A stretch of DNA of 64,000 nucleotides from Candidatus Moranbacteria bacterium GW2011_GWF2_35_54 (GCA_000990945.1 LBQR01000003.1:11089-75088); one strand, 5' to 3'; shown: positions 49,741 to 59,027, numbered from the stretch's first letter. Translations and numbers: made by a program. The notes: generated by a model from the sequence alone, not told the origin.

Positions 49741-51084
49741 ATGTTTTATGTTAAACTTATTTTTGTAAGAGTTTATTTTTCACCTTTTATTATGCACGTT
49801 CTAAACATTCTCACAACTTCATCTGATACTTTTTCCTTGATCGCTTATTTCATCATTTTTTTGGTAGCTCTTTTTGAGTCCATTCCGATGTTTGGATTTT
49901 TTATCCCCGGCCAAATTGTGGCTGTAACGGCCGGACTAATAGCTAAAGTTGGTTCCTTAGATATTGTCATTGTGATAATTGTCTTATTTCTGGGCGCAGT
50001 CGCGGGAGATTTAATCGGATATCTTTTAGGGAAAAAATATGGAGAAAATTTTATTATTAAATACGGCAAATATTTTTTTCTCAAAAAAGAAAACTTTGAA
50101 AAAACTCGCAACTTAGTTAATGAACACACTGGCAAAACTATTATCATCGGGCGATTTAACTCTGTTACCCGCGCTTTTGCTCCTTTTACCGCCGGCTCCG
50201 TAGGCATTCCTTTCTCTAAATTCATTCTTTATGACATTTTGGGCGGTATCTTTTGGGCCCTATCTTTTGCGATGCTCGGCTATATTTTCGGCAATAATTA
50301 TAAAGCTATCAGTAATTATTTTGGAGAATTTATCCTTATCGCCATCCTTATCGGTGCGCTAATTATTTATCTATACAAAAAAATAAATAAAAAAAGGCGA
50401 ATTTTTGATCGCCGCCATCTTTATATTTTACTAATCAATCTTTTTTCTCTCTATGTATTTTTTAGAATGCTGGATAATTTTGTCGAACAAGAGCTTCTCG
50501 TCAGCTGGGATAAATGGATAAACTCTCATATTCAAATACTTTGGAGCCCTTTCTTAAATAAACTAATGATATTTACTACCAATTTGGGTGGCGCCACCTT
50601 TCTAATCATTGCTTCCATAATTCTTTTGGCCTTTTTCATCTCAAAAAAGAAATGGCGCTACTCTACTCTTTTAATCTTATCCTTGGCAGGAGGACAACTA
50701 CTCCAAGTTTTAACCAAACACCTAATTGGCCGAGAACGCCCACTTGACGCGCTCATCCAAGCTTCCGGCTTTAGTTTGCCCAGTGGTCACGCTACCAGAA
50801 TTGCGATATTTTTTGCTCTTTTAATTTATTATTTTAAAAATCATCTCAAAAATTCCTACTTAAAGTATTTCCTCATTACGCTTTGTTTTTTTATTATTTT
50901 AAGTGTAGGTTTTAGTCGTATTTATCTCAGTGTCCATTGGTTTACTGATGTTATTGCTGGGTTTGCACTGGGAATTTTTTGGCTTACTTTCCTCATCCTA
51001 ACACTTGAAGTAGTTTCAACAGTCTTTAAAGAAAAAATAACTAAATTAAAAAATTACCTTAATAAAAACTCTAGAAGTTTATAA
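49741..51084 (+). CDS. DedA-family membrane protein fused to PAP2 (undecaprenyl-diphosphatase-like) phosphatase
   Basis: DedA core GFFIPGQIVAVTAGL ... GRFNSVTRAFAPFTAG. PAP2 motifs KHLIGRERP, PSGH, SRIYLSVHWFTDV. Alternative start at 49789. Confidence 0.7.
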   Translation: MFYVKLIFVRVYFSPFIMHVLNILTTSSDTFSLIAYFIIFLVALFESIPMFGFFIPGQIVAVTAGLIAKVGSLDIVIVIIVLFLGAVAGDLIGYLLGKKYGENFIIKYGKYFFLKKENFEKTRNLVNEHTGKTIIIGRFNSVTRAFAPFTAGSVGIPFSKFILYDILGGIFWALSFAMLGYIFGNNYKAISNYFGEFILIAILIGALIIYLYKKINKKRRIFDRRHLYILLINLFSLYVFFRMLDNFVEQELLVSWDKWINSHIQILWSPFLNKLMIFTTNLGGATFLIIASIILLAFFISKKKWRYSTLLILSLAGGQLLQVLTKHLIGRERPLDALIQASGFSLPSGHATRIAIFFALLIYYFKNHLKNSYLKYFLITLCFFIILSVGFSRIYLSVHWFTDVIAGFALGIFWLTFLILTLEVVSTVFKEKITKLKNYLNKNSRSL

Positions 51085-51112
51085 AGTTGCAAGTTTTTAA
51101 AGTTTATAAAGT

Positions 51113-51463
51113 ATGGTAAAAATAGAAAAATTTGAAGATATTATTGTTTGGCAAAAATCAAAATTACTCATTGTTGATGTGTATAAAGATTTTAGAGACT
51201 GTAGAGATTATGCTTTCCGTGATCAAATTCAAAGAGCTTCCGTTTCAATAATGAATAATATTGCAGAAGGCTACGAAAGAATGGATAACAAAGAATTCGC
51301 AAAATTTTTGTATATTGCTAAAGGTTCGTGTGGGGAGGTTCGTTCAATGCTTCACTTAGCATTAGATTTGGGATACATTAGCGAAAAAACCTTTAATTTA
51401 AACTTAGAGAGAACACTAGAAATCTCTAGAATGCTATCGGGCTTTATCAAAAAGCTAAAATAA
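51113..51463 (+). CDS. Four-helix-bundle protein (23S rRNA intervening-sequence-protein-like family)
   Basis: IAEGYER....EF..FLYIAKGSCGE pattern. Confidence 0.65.
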   Translation: MVKIEKFEDIIVWQKSKLLIVDVYKDFRDCRDYAFRDQIQRASVSIMNNIAEGYERMDNKEFAKFLYIAKGSCGEVRSMLHLALDLGYISEKTFNLNLERTLEISRMLSGFIKKLK

Positions 51464-51546
51464 GCCACTAAAAAATCATTCGCTTCATAAATTCTTTTTA
51501 TTTTGGAAACTTTCTCTCACTTTACAAACTTTATAAACTTTATGAA

Positions 51547-51575
51547 CTGCGTTATTAATTTTATTCATAACGCAG
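51547..51575. terminator. Hairpin ctgcgttat-N11-ataacgcag overlapping stop of permease gene
   Basis: Seen in sequence. Confidence 0.45.
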
Positions 51576-52775
51576 GGCTTCTATTGGGCTTAAATTAGCC
51601 GCTCTTCGTGCTGGATAGAAACCAAAAATTATTCCTACCGCAGCTGAAACTCCGAAAGAAAGTAAGACTGAAGAAAGAGAAATACTTGAAGATAAGCTAA
51701 AGAAAACCGTTAGCAGATAAGAAGCCACAAATCCCAAAATTACTCCAGTCACTCCCCCAATAAAAGTTAATGTTATAGCTTCAGCTAAAAATTGCATATT
51801 GATGTAAAACTTTCTGACTCCCACTGCTTTACGTAAGCCGATTTCTCTAGTTCTTTCAGTTACAGTAGTAAGCATCATATTCATAATGCCGATTCCTCCT
51901 ACTAAAAGAGAGATGCCCGCAATTGAAGAAAGCAAAATAGTAATAGTCCCAGTAATACTGGAAGCGGTAGAAATAATTTCATTTTGATTCATGATTCTAA
52001 AATCAGCGTCATCAGTACTGGCAATTTTATGAGTTTCTAAGAGGACAGCCTGAATATCTTCTTGAGCCTGCGTCATAGCATCTTGGGTTTCTACGGTAAT
52101 ATTTATATTGCTAATATAGTCATTTCCGGCTAAATAATTTTGAGAGGTTTTCATTGGAACATAAACTACATCATCTTGATTATTAAAACCGCTTCCTCCT
52201 TTAGCTGTGGTTACTCCGATTACTTGAAAAATGACATTATTGATTCTAATCGTTTGCCCGACTGGATTAGCCTCTGTGCCAAAAAGAGATTCACTGGTAT
52301 CCGGTCCGATTACGGCCACCTTGGCAGAGCTTCTTACTTGATTTTCACTAAAAAACAAACCACTATCCAAAGTTACATTTTTTACCATCGCATAATCATC
52401 CGTCGTTCCGATAACTTGAGTTCGAGTATTATTATTCTTGGCTGTAATTTGATAATTACCCGTTACCGATGGAGCGATAGCTTTAATATTATCCACTTTA
52501 TCTTTAATAGCTGACACATCCTCCTCAGTTAAGGTTTGCGCGCTACCTGAGCTTTGCCTGACGCCACCGACACTCTGTGAACCAGGCATAATCATAATTA
52601 AATTAGAGCCGATCGACTCTATTTGAGTTTCGATAGATTTCTTTGATCCCTGACCAATTCCCACCATTGTAATTACTGAGGCAATTCCAATTACAATTCC
52701 CAAAATCGTAAGTCCGGAGCGAACCTTATTGCCCATCAGCGACCATATTACTTCTTGTATTAAATCTTTAAACAT
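51561..52775 (-). CDS. ABC transporter permease, FtsX/MacB-type (YknZ-like)
   Basis: N-terminal TM, large extracytoplasmic domain, 3 C-terminal TM helices with FtsX signature. Confidence 0.75.
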   Translation of the reverse strand: MFKDLIQEVIWSLMGNKVRSGLTILGIVIGIASVITMVGIGQGSKKSIETQIESIGSNLIMIMPGSQSVGGVRQSSGSAQTLTEEDVSAIKDKVDNIKAIAPSVTGNYQITAKNNNTRTQVIGTTDDYAMVKNVTLDSGLFFSENQVRSSAKVAVIGPDTSESLFGTEANPVGQTIRINNVIFQVIGVTTAKGGSGFNNQDDVVYVPMKTSQNYLAGNDYISNINITVETQDAMTQAQEDIQAVLLETHKIASTDDADFRIMNQNEIISTASSITGTITILLSSIAGISLLVGGIGIMNMMLTTVTERTREIGLRKAVGVRKFYINMQFLAEAITLTFIGGVTGVILGFVASYLLTVFFSLSSSISLSSVLLSFGVSAAVGIIFGFYPARRAANLSPIEALRYE

Positions 52776-52811
52776 ATTAGCACGTTAGCATATTAGCATA
52801 TTAACAATGGA
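52776..52811 (-). promoter_or_regulatory. Upstream motif (gene-sense gttaatatgctaatatgctaacgtgctaat) abutting permease ATG
   Basis: Recurrent motif. Confidence 0.5.
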
Positions 52812-52829
52812 ACAAAAAAATTATTCGTG

Positions 52830-52944
52830 TGTCATCTCGAGCGAAACGACAGTGGAGTCGAGAGATCTAATAAATTTTATATACAATTAAGATTTCTCCA
52901 CGCATAAATTTATGAGTACATAAATTTATTTGGTCGAAATGACA
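52830..52944. mobile_element. MITE-like element, family C copy 2
   Basis: Same TIRs and core as 16140-16226, with extra internal segment. Confidence 0.7.
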
Positions 52945-52989
52945 TACACCTAGAACATTCACAATTTTTAATTATTCATTTTTAATTTT

Positions 52990-53667
52990 TTAATTAATTT
53001 TGTCTGATTCAATCTCTCCATCTCTGATCGTGATAATTCGATTAGCATATTGCGCCACTTCCATTTCATGCGTAATTAACACAACTGTATGTCCTTTATC
53101 ATTTAATTCTTTAAGCGCATTCATCACCAAATGGCTAGTCTTCGTATCCAAATTTCCCGTCGGTTCATCCGCTAAAATTATAGCGGGATCATTGATAAGC
53201 GCTCTAGCAATAGCTACTCTCTGCATCTGACCACCTGAAAGCTGATTGGAAAGATTATAAAATTTATCCTCATCCATTCCTGCATATCTCAAACATTCCC
53301 TGGCCTTCTCTTCTCTTTTTGTTCTATCTATTCCTGAGTAAATAAGAGGCATCATTACATTTCTCATCACGCTCGTTCTGGGCAAAAGGTTAAAGGATTG
53401 AAAAACAAAACCTATTTTATTTCTTCGTAAATCAGAAAGCTCATCATCATCTAACTTGGAAACTTCCGCCCCATCCAAAAAATATGTCCCGTCTGTTGGC
53501 GAATCCAAAGCTCCCAAAATATGCATCAAAGTTGATTTTCCGCTTCCACTTGGGCCAATAATAGATACGAATTCTCCCTTATCAATTTTAAAAGAAATTC
53601 CTTTAAGCGCTTTAGTTTCCACGTCCCCATTAACATATATTTTTTGGATATTTTTGCATTCAATCAT
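52990..53667 (-). CDS. ABC transporter ATP-binding protein (MacB/LolD/YknY-like)
   Basis: Walker A GPSGSGKST, signature LSGGQMQRVAIARAL, Walker B ILADEPTGNLD. Confidence 0.85.
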   Translation of the reverse strand: MIECKNIQKIYVNGDVETKALKGISFKIDKGEFVSIIGPSGSGKSTLMHILGALDSPTDGTYFLDGAEVSKLDDDELSDLRRNKIGFVFQSFNLLPRTSVMRNVMMPLIYSGIDRTKREEKARECLRYAGMDEDKFYNLSNQLSGGQMQRVAIARALINDPAIILADEPTGNLDTKTSHLVMNALKELNDKGHTVVLITHEMEVAQYANRIITIRDGEIESDKIN

Positions 53668-53768
53668 AATTATATTTTTTAAGACTTATGCGCTTAAGCT
53701 ATGCAATTCCAGTTTCTAAAAAATAATATTTAAAAACGCAAGTCCTGTCTTTATTTAATATTCATTAA

Positions 53769-54992
53769 TTAATCCCGCGGACCACCGCCACCGCTTATAC
53801 CAGGAATTCTTATCGAGGAACTGTTGCTTTTATTGTTAGTGCTCGAAATACTGCTAGTAGCTGTTTGTCCACCTGTGGTAGTTATTGTTTTGGTAACAAC
53901 TTCTTGCCCCTCGGTAATTCCGCTTACTATTTCAGTGTTAACATCGTTAGTGTTTCCTGCTGTTACATTAATTTTTTTGGGCACGCCTCGTTCTAACACT
54001 TCTACATAATCTCCTTTTTGACCATTTTTAATGGCACCACTGGGAATCATTATTACATTTTCTTTTTTATCAACTGAAATAACAGACGAGACGCTCATTG
54101 TGGGCTTAATGCGATCATCCAATTGATCGAATTTCACAGTTACTCCATAACTCACTACGCCTGATGTAGCTGTACCAATTGAATCTATTTTTTCCACTTC
54201 TCCGGTAAAATTTGTATCCGCCAGAGCATCCAGCGTGATAGAAACTTTTTGCCCGACTGCTACTTTGGCGATATCTACTTCATTAACAGGGATTTCGGCT
54301 TTTAAAGTTTTTAAATCACCCACAATAAGCGCTGACTCACTTGCATTATTGGAAGAAGAACCTAACTCATCTCCATTTTTTATTGAAACTTCTATAATTG
54401 TTCCAGCAATCGGAGAAGTAACTTTTCTCTTGCCAGCGTCTGAAACTATATTTCTATAAGAAGATGCAGAAGCGCTCAGACTTTTTTGGGCCTGAATTAT
54501 GGAACCTTCGGCTAAATCTATTTTATTTTTTAAAACATCCAATTGCCTACCGGTATAAGCATCATCGTCATCATCATCTTTATTTTTTGCTACTCTGTAT
54601 TCTGCTTCGGCTGAAAGTTTTGAATTTTTAGCTGAGTCTAAATTATTTAAAGCTTGCTGATAAGAAGCATTAGATTGAGCTACATTTGCATCTAGGTCAT
54701 CATTTACAACACTAAAAAGAAAATCTCCCTTTTTAACTGTATCTCCAACCTTTACCGCCAAATCAGCAATTGTTCCGCTGATAGTTGGGTCAACAGTTTC
54801 TTGGGAATCCACCACAATGCTTCCACTGGCGATAATTGTCGATTCTAGAGTTCCCTTTTCAGCGGCTTGGGTTACGTAGCGAACGCTAGCCGTACTGGAT
54901 TTGCTTTTTTTATACCAATAAAATCCTCCTCCCAAAACAATTAATCCTATTAGCAAACCGATATATAGTTTTTTCTTCTTCATCTTTATCAA
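53769..54992 (-). CDS. Efflux membrane-fusion (HlyD/MacA/YknX-like) periplasmic adaptor protein
   Basis: N-terminal TM, coiled-coil, beta-barrel regions. Gly/Ser-rich C-terminal tail. Confidence 0.7.
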   Translation of the reverse strand: MIKMKKKKLYIGLLIGLIVLGGGFYWYKKSKSSTASVRYVTQAAEKGTLESTIIASGSIVVDSQETVDPTISGTIADLAVKVGDTVKKGDFLFSVVNDDLDANVAQSNASYQQALNNLDSAKNSKLSAEAEYRVAKNKDDDDDDAYTGRQLDVLKNKIDLAEGSIIQAQKSLSASASSYRNIVSDAGKRKVTSPIAGTIIEVSIKNGDELGSSSNNASESALIVGDLKTLKAEIPVNEVDIAKVAVGQKVSITLDALADTNFTGEVEKIDSIGTATSGVVSYGVTVKFDQLDDRIKPTMSVSSVISVDKKENVIMIPSGAIKNGQKGDYVEVLERGVPKKINVTAGNTNDVNTEIVSGITEGQEVVTKTITTTGGQTATSSISSTNNKSNSSSIRIPGISGGGGPRD

Positions 54993-55106
54993 ATTAAAAT
55001 ATTATAATTAAAACATTTTTTATGCATATTAATAATACGATTTCTATCCAAAAAGTTTGCAAAAACCGCTTGCCTGCTGGCAAGCGGAAAATTAAATTAA
55101 TTATTT

Positions 55107-55526
55107 TTATTCAACTGCATTTGCGCCAGTTTGTGCTTGAGATCCGCCTTTTCCCGGCCCTCCTTTTGGCATATCAGCAGATTTACATGCGACTATTTCA
55201 CTGTTTTGCATCTGTGTGCATACTCCTGATATTTTTTTAACCTCGTTTTCTTCATTGTTTCTAGCAGGCATAGCTACTTCACAACTGTCTCCAATAGCTT
55301 TTCCGTTACAAACAGTTTCGGCTTCTGCAGAAAACTTTCCTGCACCTCTATCGCTTCTTTCACCATTAACTCCTTGCACAGCTTGGTTTTGCACCTGATT
55401 TTGCTCCATGTTTTTATTTTCTTCTCCGGTTTTTTGAGTCTCTTTTCCCCCGCAGCCTGCCAATGAAAAAGATATTCCTATTAAAAATAAAAAAACAATA
55501 CTCAGTTTAATATTTCTTCTTAACAT
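55107..55526 (-). CDS. Cys-rich putative lipoprotein (lipobox LAGC)
   Basis: Signal peptide + LAGCGG. Six Cys in the mature part. Confidence 0.5.
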   Translation of the reverse strand: MLRRNIKLSIVFLFLIGISFSLAGCGGKETQKTGEENKNMEQNQVQNQAVQGVNGERSDRGAGKFSAEAETVCNGKAIGDSCEVAMPARNNEENEVKKISGVCTQMQNSEIVACKSADMPKGGPGKGGSQAQTGANAVE

Positions 55527-55630
55527 TTTTATTATTTATTATTTATATTAAAATATGGTGATTCAATCTAGATTTTAAATCACACATTGGCCATATAAAT
55601 ATTACGCACAAAAAAAATAAAGTTTGCAGT

Positions 55631-55648
55631 TACTACGAATTACGAATC
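55631..55648. promoter_or_regulatory. TTCGTA x2 (tacgaattacgaat on + strand) upstream of the lipoprotein gene
   Basis: Same hexamer as arrays at 32727 and 49019. Confidence 0.35.
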
Positions 55649-55806
55649 TATATAAATATATGAATTTAAGAATTTGGAAATTTATGATTTTAAGAACAAA
55701 ATAAACAAGATTTATTTGAATATTATAATTTTCAATGACTGGTTACAGATGACTGATGACTTTGTGATTTAATTTTATTTGACATTTGGATTTTGAAATT
55801 TTAAAC

Positions 55807-56523
55807 TTAACGCCTGTCTGGTTTTCTATCAAAGGGTGGTGGCAAAACCAATGAAGCCTTGAAAATATGCTCGCCTATTTTTTCTCCGATAATAGCCACC
55901 ATAATATTTTCTTCCATTTTTCTAATTTTAAATTCTGTTTCATTCGAATAGCGAACCTCCCAAACTTCATTATCAAATCCCCTTAAATTAAAAAACTCTT
56001 CATCTATTTTAATTATTTTTCCACCCAATAATCCCTCTTGCGGATCTTGCCATCTTTTTTCTACAGGAAAAGCAATTCCTCTGGACATCGGCCTGTTAAA
56101 CATTTTGCCTTCTCCCATATGCCTATTAATCTTAGCTAAATGTAAAAACGCTCCCAGCATAGAAATAATTAAAACTCCGATACTGGTAATAAAAAGAATG
56201 CTATATCGATATCCTCTTTTGGTTTTTTTAATCGCTAAAAATCCACTCACTCCGGCCAAAATGGCTAACACTATCCACAGATAAGGAGCGGTTCTAGCTA
56301 AAATAAAAAATATTCTTCCCAAACCTAATTGGCGAATAACACTTGGATGAATATCTAATAAGTTTAAAATAATAAAAGAAAAAAATATCGCCCCCAAAAA
56401 CAAAGTGGTCATCCAAATAAACCAAAAAAGATAATTTTTCCAGTTCAAAAAAATTTTTGACTCTGGGACAATTTTTTCTTGTTTTATTTTTTCAATAATT
56501 TTCTGGGCGGGATTTTTTTCCAT
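55807..56523 (-). CDS. Membrane protein, putative anti-sigma factor partner of adjacent ECF sigma
   Basis: Position immediately downstream of ECF sigma. Several TM helices. No conserved domain recognised. Confidence 0.4.
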   Translation of the reverse strand: MEKNPAQKIIEKIKQEKIVPESKIFLNWKNYLFWFIWMTTLFLGAIFFSFIILNLLDIHPSVIRQLGLGRIFFILARTAPYLWIVLAILAGVSGFLAIKKTKRGYRYSILFITSIGVLIISMLGAFLHLAKINRHMGEGKMFNRPMSRGIAFPVEKRWQDPQEGLLGGKIIKIDEEFFNLRGFDNEVWEVRYSNETEFKIRKMEENIMVAIIGEKIGEHIFKASLVLPPPFDRKPDRR

Positions 56524-56545
56524 ACATTTATAAATTTACACTTTT

Positions 56546-56589
56546 CACCCTCTCCCCCTCCCTGAGGGGGAGAATTAAAGAGGGGGTGA
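56546..56589. repeat. Family R copy 4 (tcaccctctccccctccctgagggggagaattaaagagggggtgaa)
   Basis: Seen in sequence. Confidence 0.8.
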
Positions 56590-56643
56590 AAAAGTCAATC
56601 TCTTATTTTAAATAATAGTATTTTTAACACGTAGGTCTTATGC

Positions 56644-57174
56644 TTATATAATTTTTTTATTCTTAGCTTCTGTTAGAATAATCTTTCTTCCTCTATTTAC
56701 CAATGAAGCGATAGTGCCCTTGGGGAGTTGCACAATATCCATAATTTCTTCATAACTTTTTTCTTCGATAAACCTTAGCATCAAAACTTCTTTATATTTG
56801 TCCGGTAAATTTACGATGATATCTTTTATTTTTTCCAGCGAATCGGCATTAACATATTCTTTTTCCATATTAAGACTGGACTTAAGTACTTTTACCAAAT
56901 CTTCATCTTCTAGCCAAATAGTAGAAGGCCGTGCTTTTCTCTTTCGTATTTCATCAATCGTGGCATTTCTGGTGATCTGATAAACCCAGGTAGAAAAAGT
57001 CATTTCTGTATCATAATCATTCAAATACCGATAAATTTTAATAAAAACTTCTTGCAAAATATCTTCGATATCCTCTTGGGAAAAATAGGACATTCGGCGG
57101 ATATAACAAAACAACCGGCTCCAATACCGAGTTACAATTGCTTGAAATTCATCTGGATTTTTTATAGCTGCCAA
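56644..57174 (-). CDS. ECF-type RNA polymerase sigma-70 family factor
   Basis: Region 2 LQEVFIKIYRYLNDY. Region 4 HTH VLMLRFIEEKSYEEIMDIVQLPKGTIASLVNRGRK. Confidence 0.8.
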   Translation of the reverse strand: MAAIKNPDEFQAIVTRYWSRLFCYIRRMSYFSQEDIEDILQEVFIKIYRYLNDYDTEMTFSTWVYQITRNATIDEIRKRKARPSTIWLEDEDLVKVLKSSLNMEKEYVNADSLEKIKDIIVNLPDKYKEVLMLRFIEEKSYEEIMDIVQLPKGTIASLVNRGRKIILTEAKNKKII

Positions 57175-57230
57175 TACTAAATCTTTACATGAATGTACTT
57201 ATATTATACGCCTAAGAACGAAATTGTTTG

Positions 57231-57290
57231 CATTAAATCATGTTAGCATATTAACATTTTAGCATGAAAACAAATAAACATGTTCCCTCT
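57231..57290 (-). promoter_or_regulatory. Upstream motif (gene-sense tgctaaaatgttaatatgctaacatgattt) 60-110 bp upstream of ECF sigma gene
   Basis: 24-mer aatgttaatatgctaacatgattt identical to the site at 29697-29736. Confidence 0.5.
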
Positions 57291-57333
57291 CCACCTCTTT
57301 GAGGGGGAGATGTCCGACAGGACAGAGGGGGTG
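57284..57333. repeat. Family R copy 5
   Basis: ttccctctccacctctttgagggggagatgtccgacaggacagagggggtg. Confidence 0.8.
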
Positions 57334-57517
57334 TTATTTTTAAATTTATAATTTTTAATTTTAAATGAATTTCCAATGATTCAATTTTAAAATCTTTATA
57401 TTTATTTGTCATCCCAAAAATTACATCAGATACAGTCCCACACTTTATGACTAAAATAAAATAAATCAACTCGAAAAGAGCGTTAAGAAACTTTGTCATG
57501 GAGCGAACGCGGAACCA

Positions 57518-57670
57518 AAAGTTTTAGCGAGTGAGAGTTAGATTTATTTATTTTAGGAGTACGTGTGGCAGTTTTTTTGTAACCTTTTTTTGCTGTCAAA
57601 AAAAGTTAGTGAGAAAAATATAATAGCAAAGTCTTATGATTTAAACTTATCCACTCGCCTCGCTAAAACT
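57518..57670. repeat. Hairpin element with family-B arms (agttttagcgagtgagag ... ccactcgcctcgctaaaact) enclosing ~110 bp
   Basis: Arms are reverse complements (tttagcgag[g/t][c/g]gag core). Confidence 0.6.
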
Positions 57671-57702
57671 CTGACTAAGCGGACGGACGGGTAATTAATA
57701 GG

Positions 57703-57735
57703 AAAAATAAAAAAATCCGCGTTAGGCGGATTTTT
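57703..57735 (-). terminator. rplL intrinsic terminator (atccgc-ctaa-gcggat + T-run, minus strand)
   Basis: Seen in sequence immediately after rplL stop. Confidence 0.7.
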
Positions 57736-57753
57736 TGTATATTGAAAGTAAAA

Positions 57754-58158
57754 TTATTTTAATTCAACTTTTGCGCCAGCTTCTTCCAATTTCTTTTTCA
57801 TTTCTTCAGCTTCAGCTTTGGCAACTTTTTCTTTAATCATTTTTGGAGCAGCGTCAACGATATCTTTTGACTCTTTTAATCCAAGTCCGGTAATTTCACG
57901 AACTACTTTAATAACATTGATTTTTTTGTCTCCAGCAGATGTAAGCTCTACATCAAATTGACTCTTTTCCTCAACTGCAGCGGCTTCAGCTGCAGGAGCA
58001 GCTCCCATCATCATTGGAGCAGCAGCGCTAACACCAAATTTGTCCTCTAGAACTTTCACTAATTCTGAAAGATCCAAAACACTCATTTTTTCGATCTCTG
58101 CTACTAGTTTTTCAAATTTTGCAGGAACAACGACTTCTTCTTTTTTTTCTTCTGTCAT
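57754..58158 (-). CDS. rplL: 50S ribosomal protein L7/L12
   Basis: C-terminal domain [30 protein letters not shown]...[18 protein letters not shown]. Confidence 0.9.
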   Translation of the reverse strand: MTEEKKEEVVVPAKFEKLVAEIEKMSVLDLSELVKVLEDKFGVSAAAPMMMGAAPAAEAAAVEEKSQFDVELTSAGDKKINVIKVVREITGLGLKESKDIVDAAPKMIKEKVAKAEAEEMKKKLEEAGAKVELK

Positions 58159-58273
58159 ATGTTTAGTTCACGGTTCTTAGTTTGTAGTTCACAGTTCTAC
58201 CCACCAAAAACGTTTATTTGATTATTTAAATTAATTTTTTAACAATTTAACCTTTTAGCAATTTAACAATTTA

Positions 58274-58792
58274 TTAAGCTTTACTGTCAGCGATGGCTTT
58301 AACTACATTTACCAACCCTCTCATATTGCCCGCCAATACGTTAACGAATCCTGAGATTGGAGCATTCAAAGTTCCTACCAATTTAGCCAACATCTCTTCT
58401 TTGCTTGGAAGTTTGGCTAATGCATCTACTTCTTGAGCACTCATACCTTTAACTCCCAAAACTCCTCCCAAAATTTTCAAATTTTCATTCTCTTTGGCAA
58501 ATTTGCTTAAAATTCTTGCTGGTGCCACTTCATCATTATCTGAAATAGTAATGGCTAGTTGTCCGGCTAAGCTTTTTACATCTACCTCAATCTCAGCATT
58601 TTTCAAAGAAATCTCTATTAGATTTTTTTTAATAACATTAAGATTGGTACCCTCTTTCTTCAATCGACTTTTCAATTCATTGATATCGTTAGTTTTAACT
58701 CCACGATAATCCGCGAAAACGATAGCTTTGGAAGACTTGATTTTCTCGGTCAAATTTTTGACAATGTCTTCTTTTTGTAATCTTGTTAACAT
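58274..58792 (-). CDS. rplJ: 50S ribosomal protein L10
   Basis: Overall L10 pattern and position upstream of rplL. Confidence 0.8.
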   Translation of the reverse strand: MLTRLQKEDIVKNLTEKIKSSKAIVFADYRGVKTNDINELKSRLKKEGTNLNVIKKNLIEISLKNAEIEVDVKSLAGQLAITISDNDEVAPARILSKFAKENENLKILGGVLGVKGMSAQEVDALAKLPSKEEMLAKLVGTLNAPISGFVNVLAGNMRGLVNVVKAIADSKA

Positions 58793-58798
58793 ATTTTT

Positions 58799-58826
58799 TT
58801 CCTCCGTCAGCTGACGGATGGAGGAC
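58799..58826 (-). promoter_or_regulatory. Hairpin (palindrome tccgtcag|ctgacgga) overlapping the GGAGG Shine-Dalgarno of rplJ; candidate L10-leader-type autoregulatory structure
   Basis: Seen in sequence. Functional assignment by analogy only. Confidence 0.3.
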
Positions 58827-59027
58827 TATTAATTATTTTATAACTTATGCAATTAAATTTAGCTTCATCTAATAAAAAATTCTGCTTTTAATTGCAGAAC
58901 TTGATAAAAACAACTTAAAAAAAATTGTTTCTTATCCTCGGCAGGTCTTATTTTGGATGCCTACTGTCTGCGGATTATTTAATTTACTTAACTAATATAG
59001 CGCTTATTTCCCTGCTTGTCAATAAAA

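Noticed and set aside
57251-57499. 82-aa ORF
   Set aside because: Built from repeat R5 and A/T-rich spacer (..SPPQRGGEGTCLF..). No RBS.
58160-58200. Direct repeats agttcacggttct/agttcacagttct upstream of rplL and acaaactacaaactacaag inside murE as a shared repeat family
   Set aside because: Similarity is short and low-complexity. Insufficient to claim a family.
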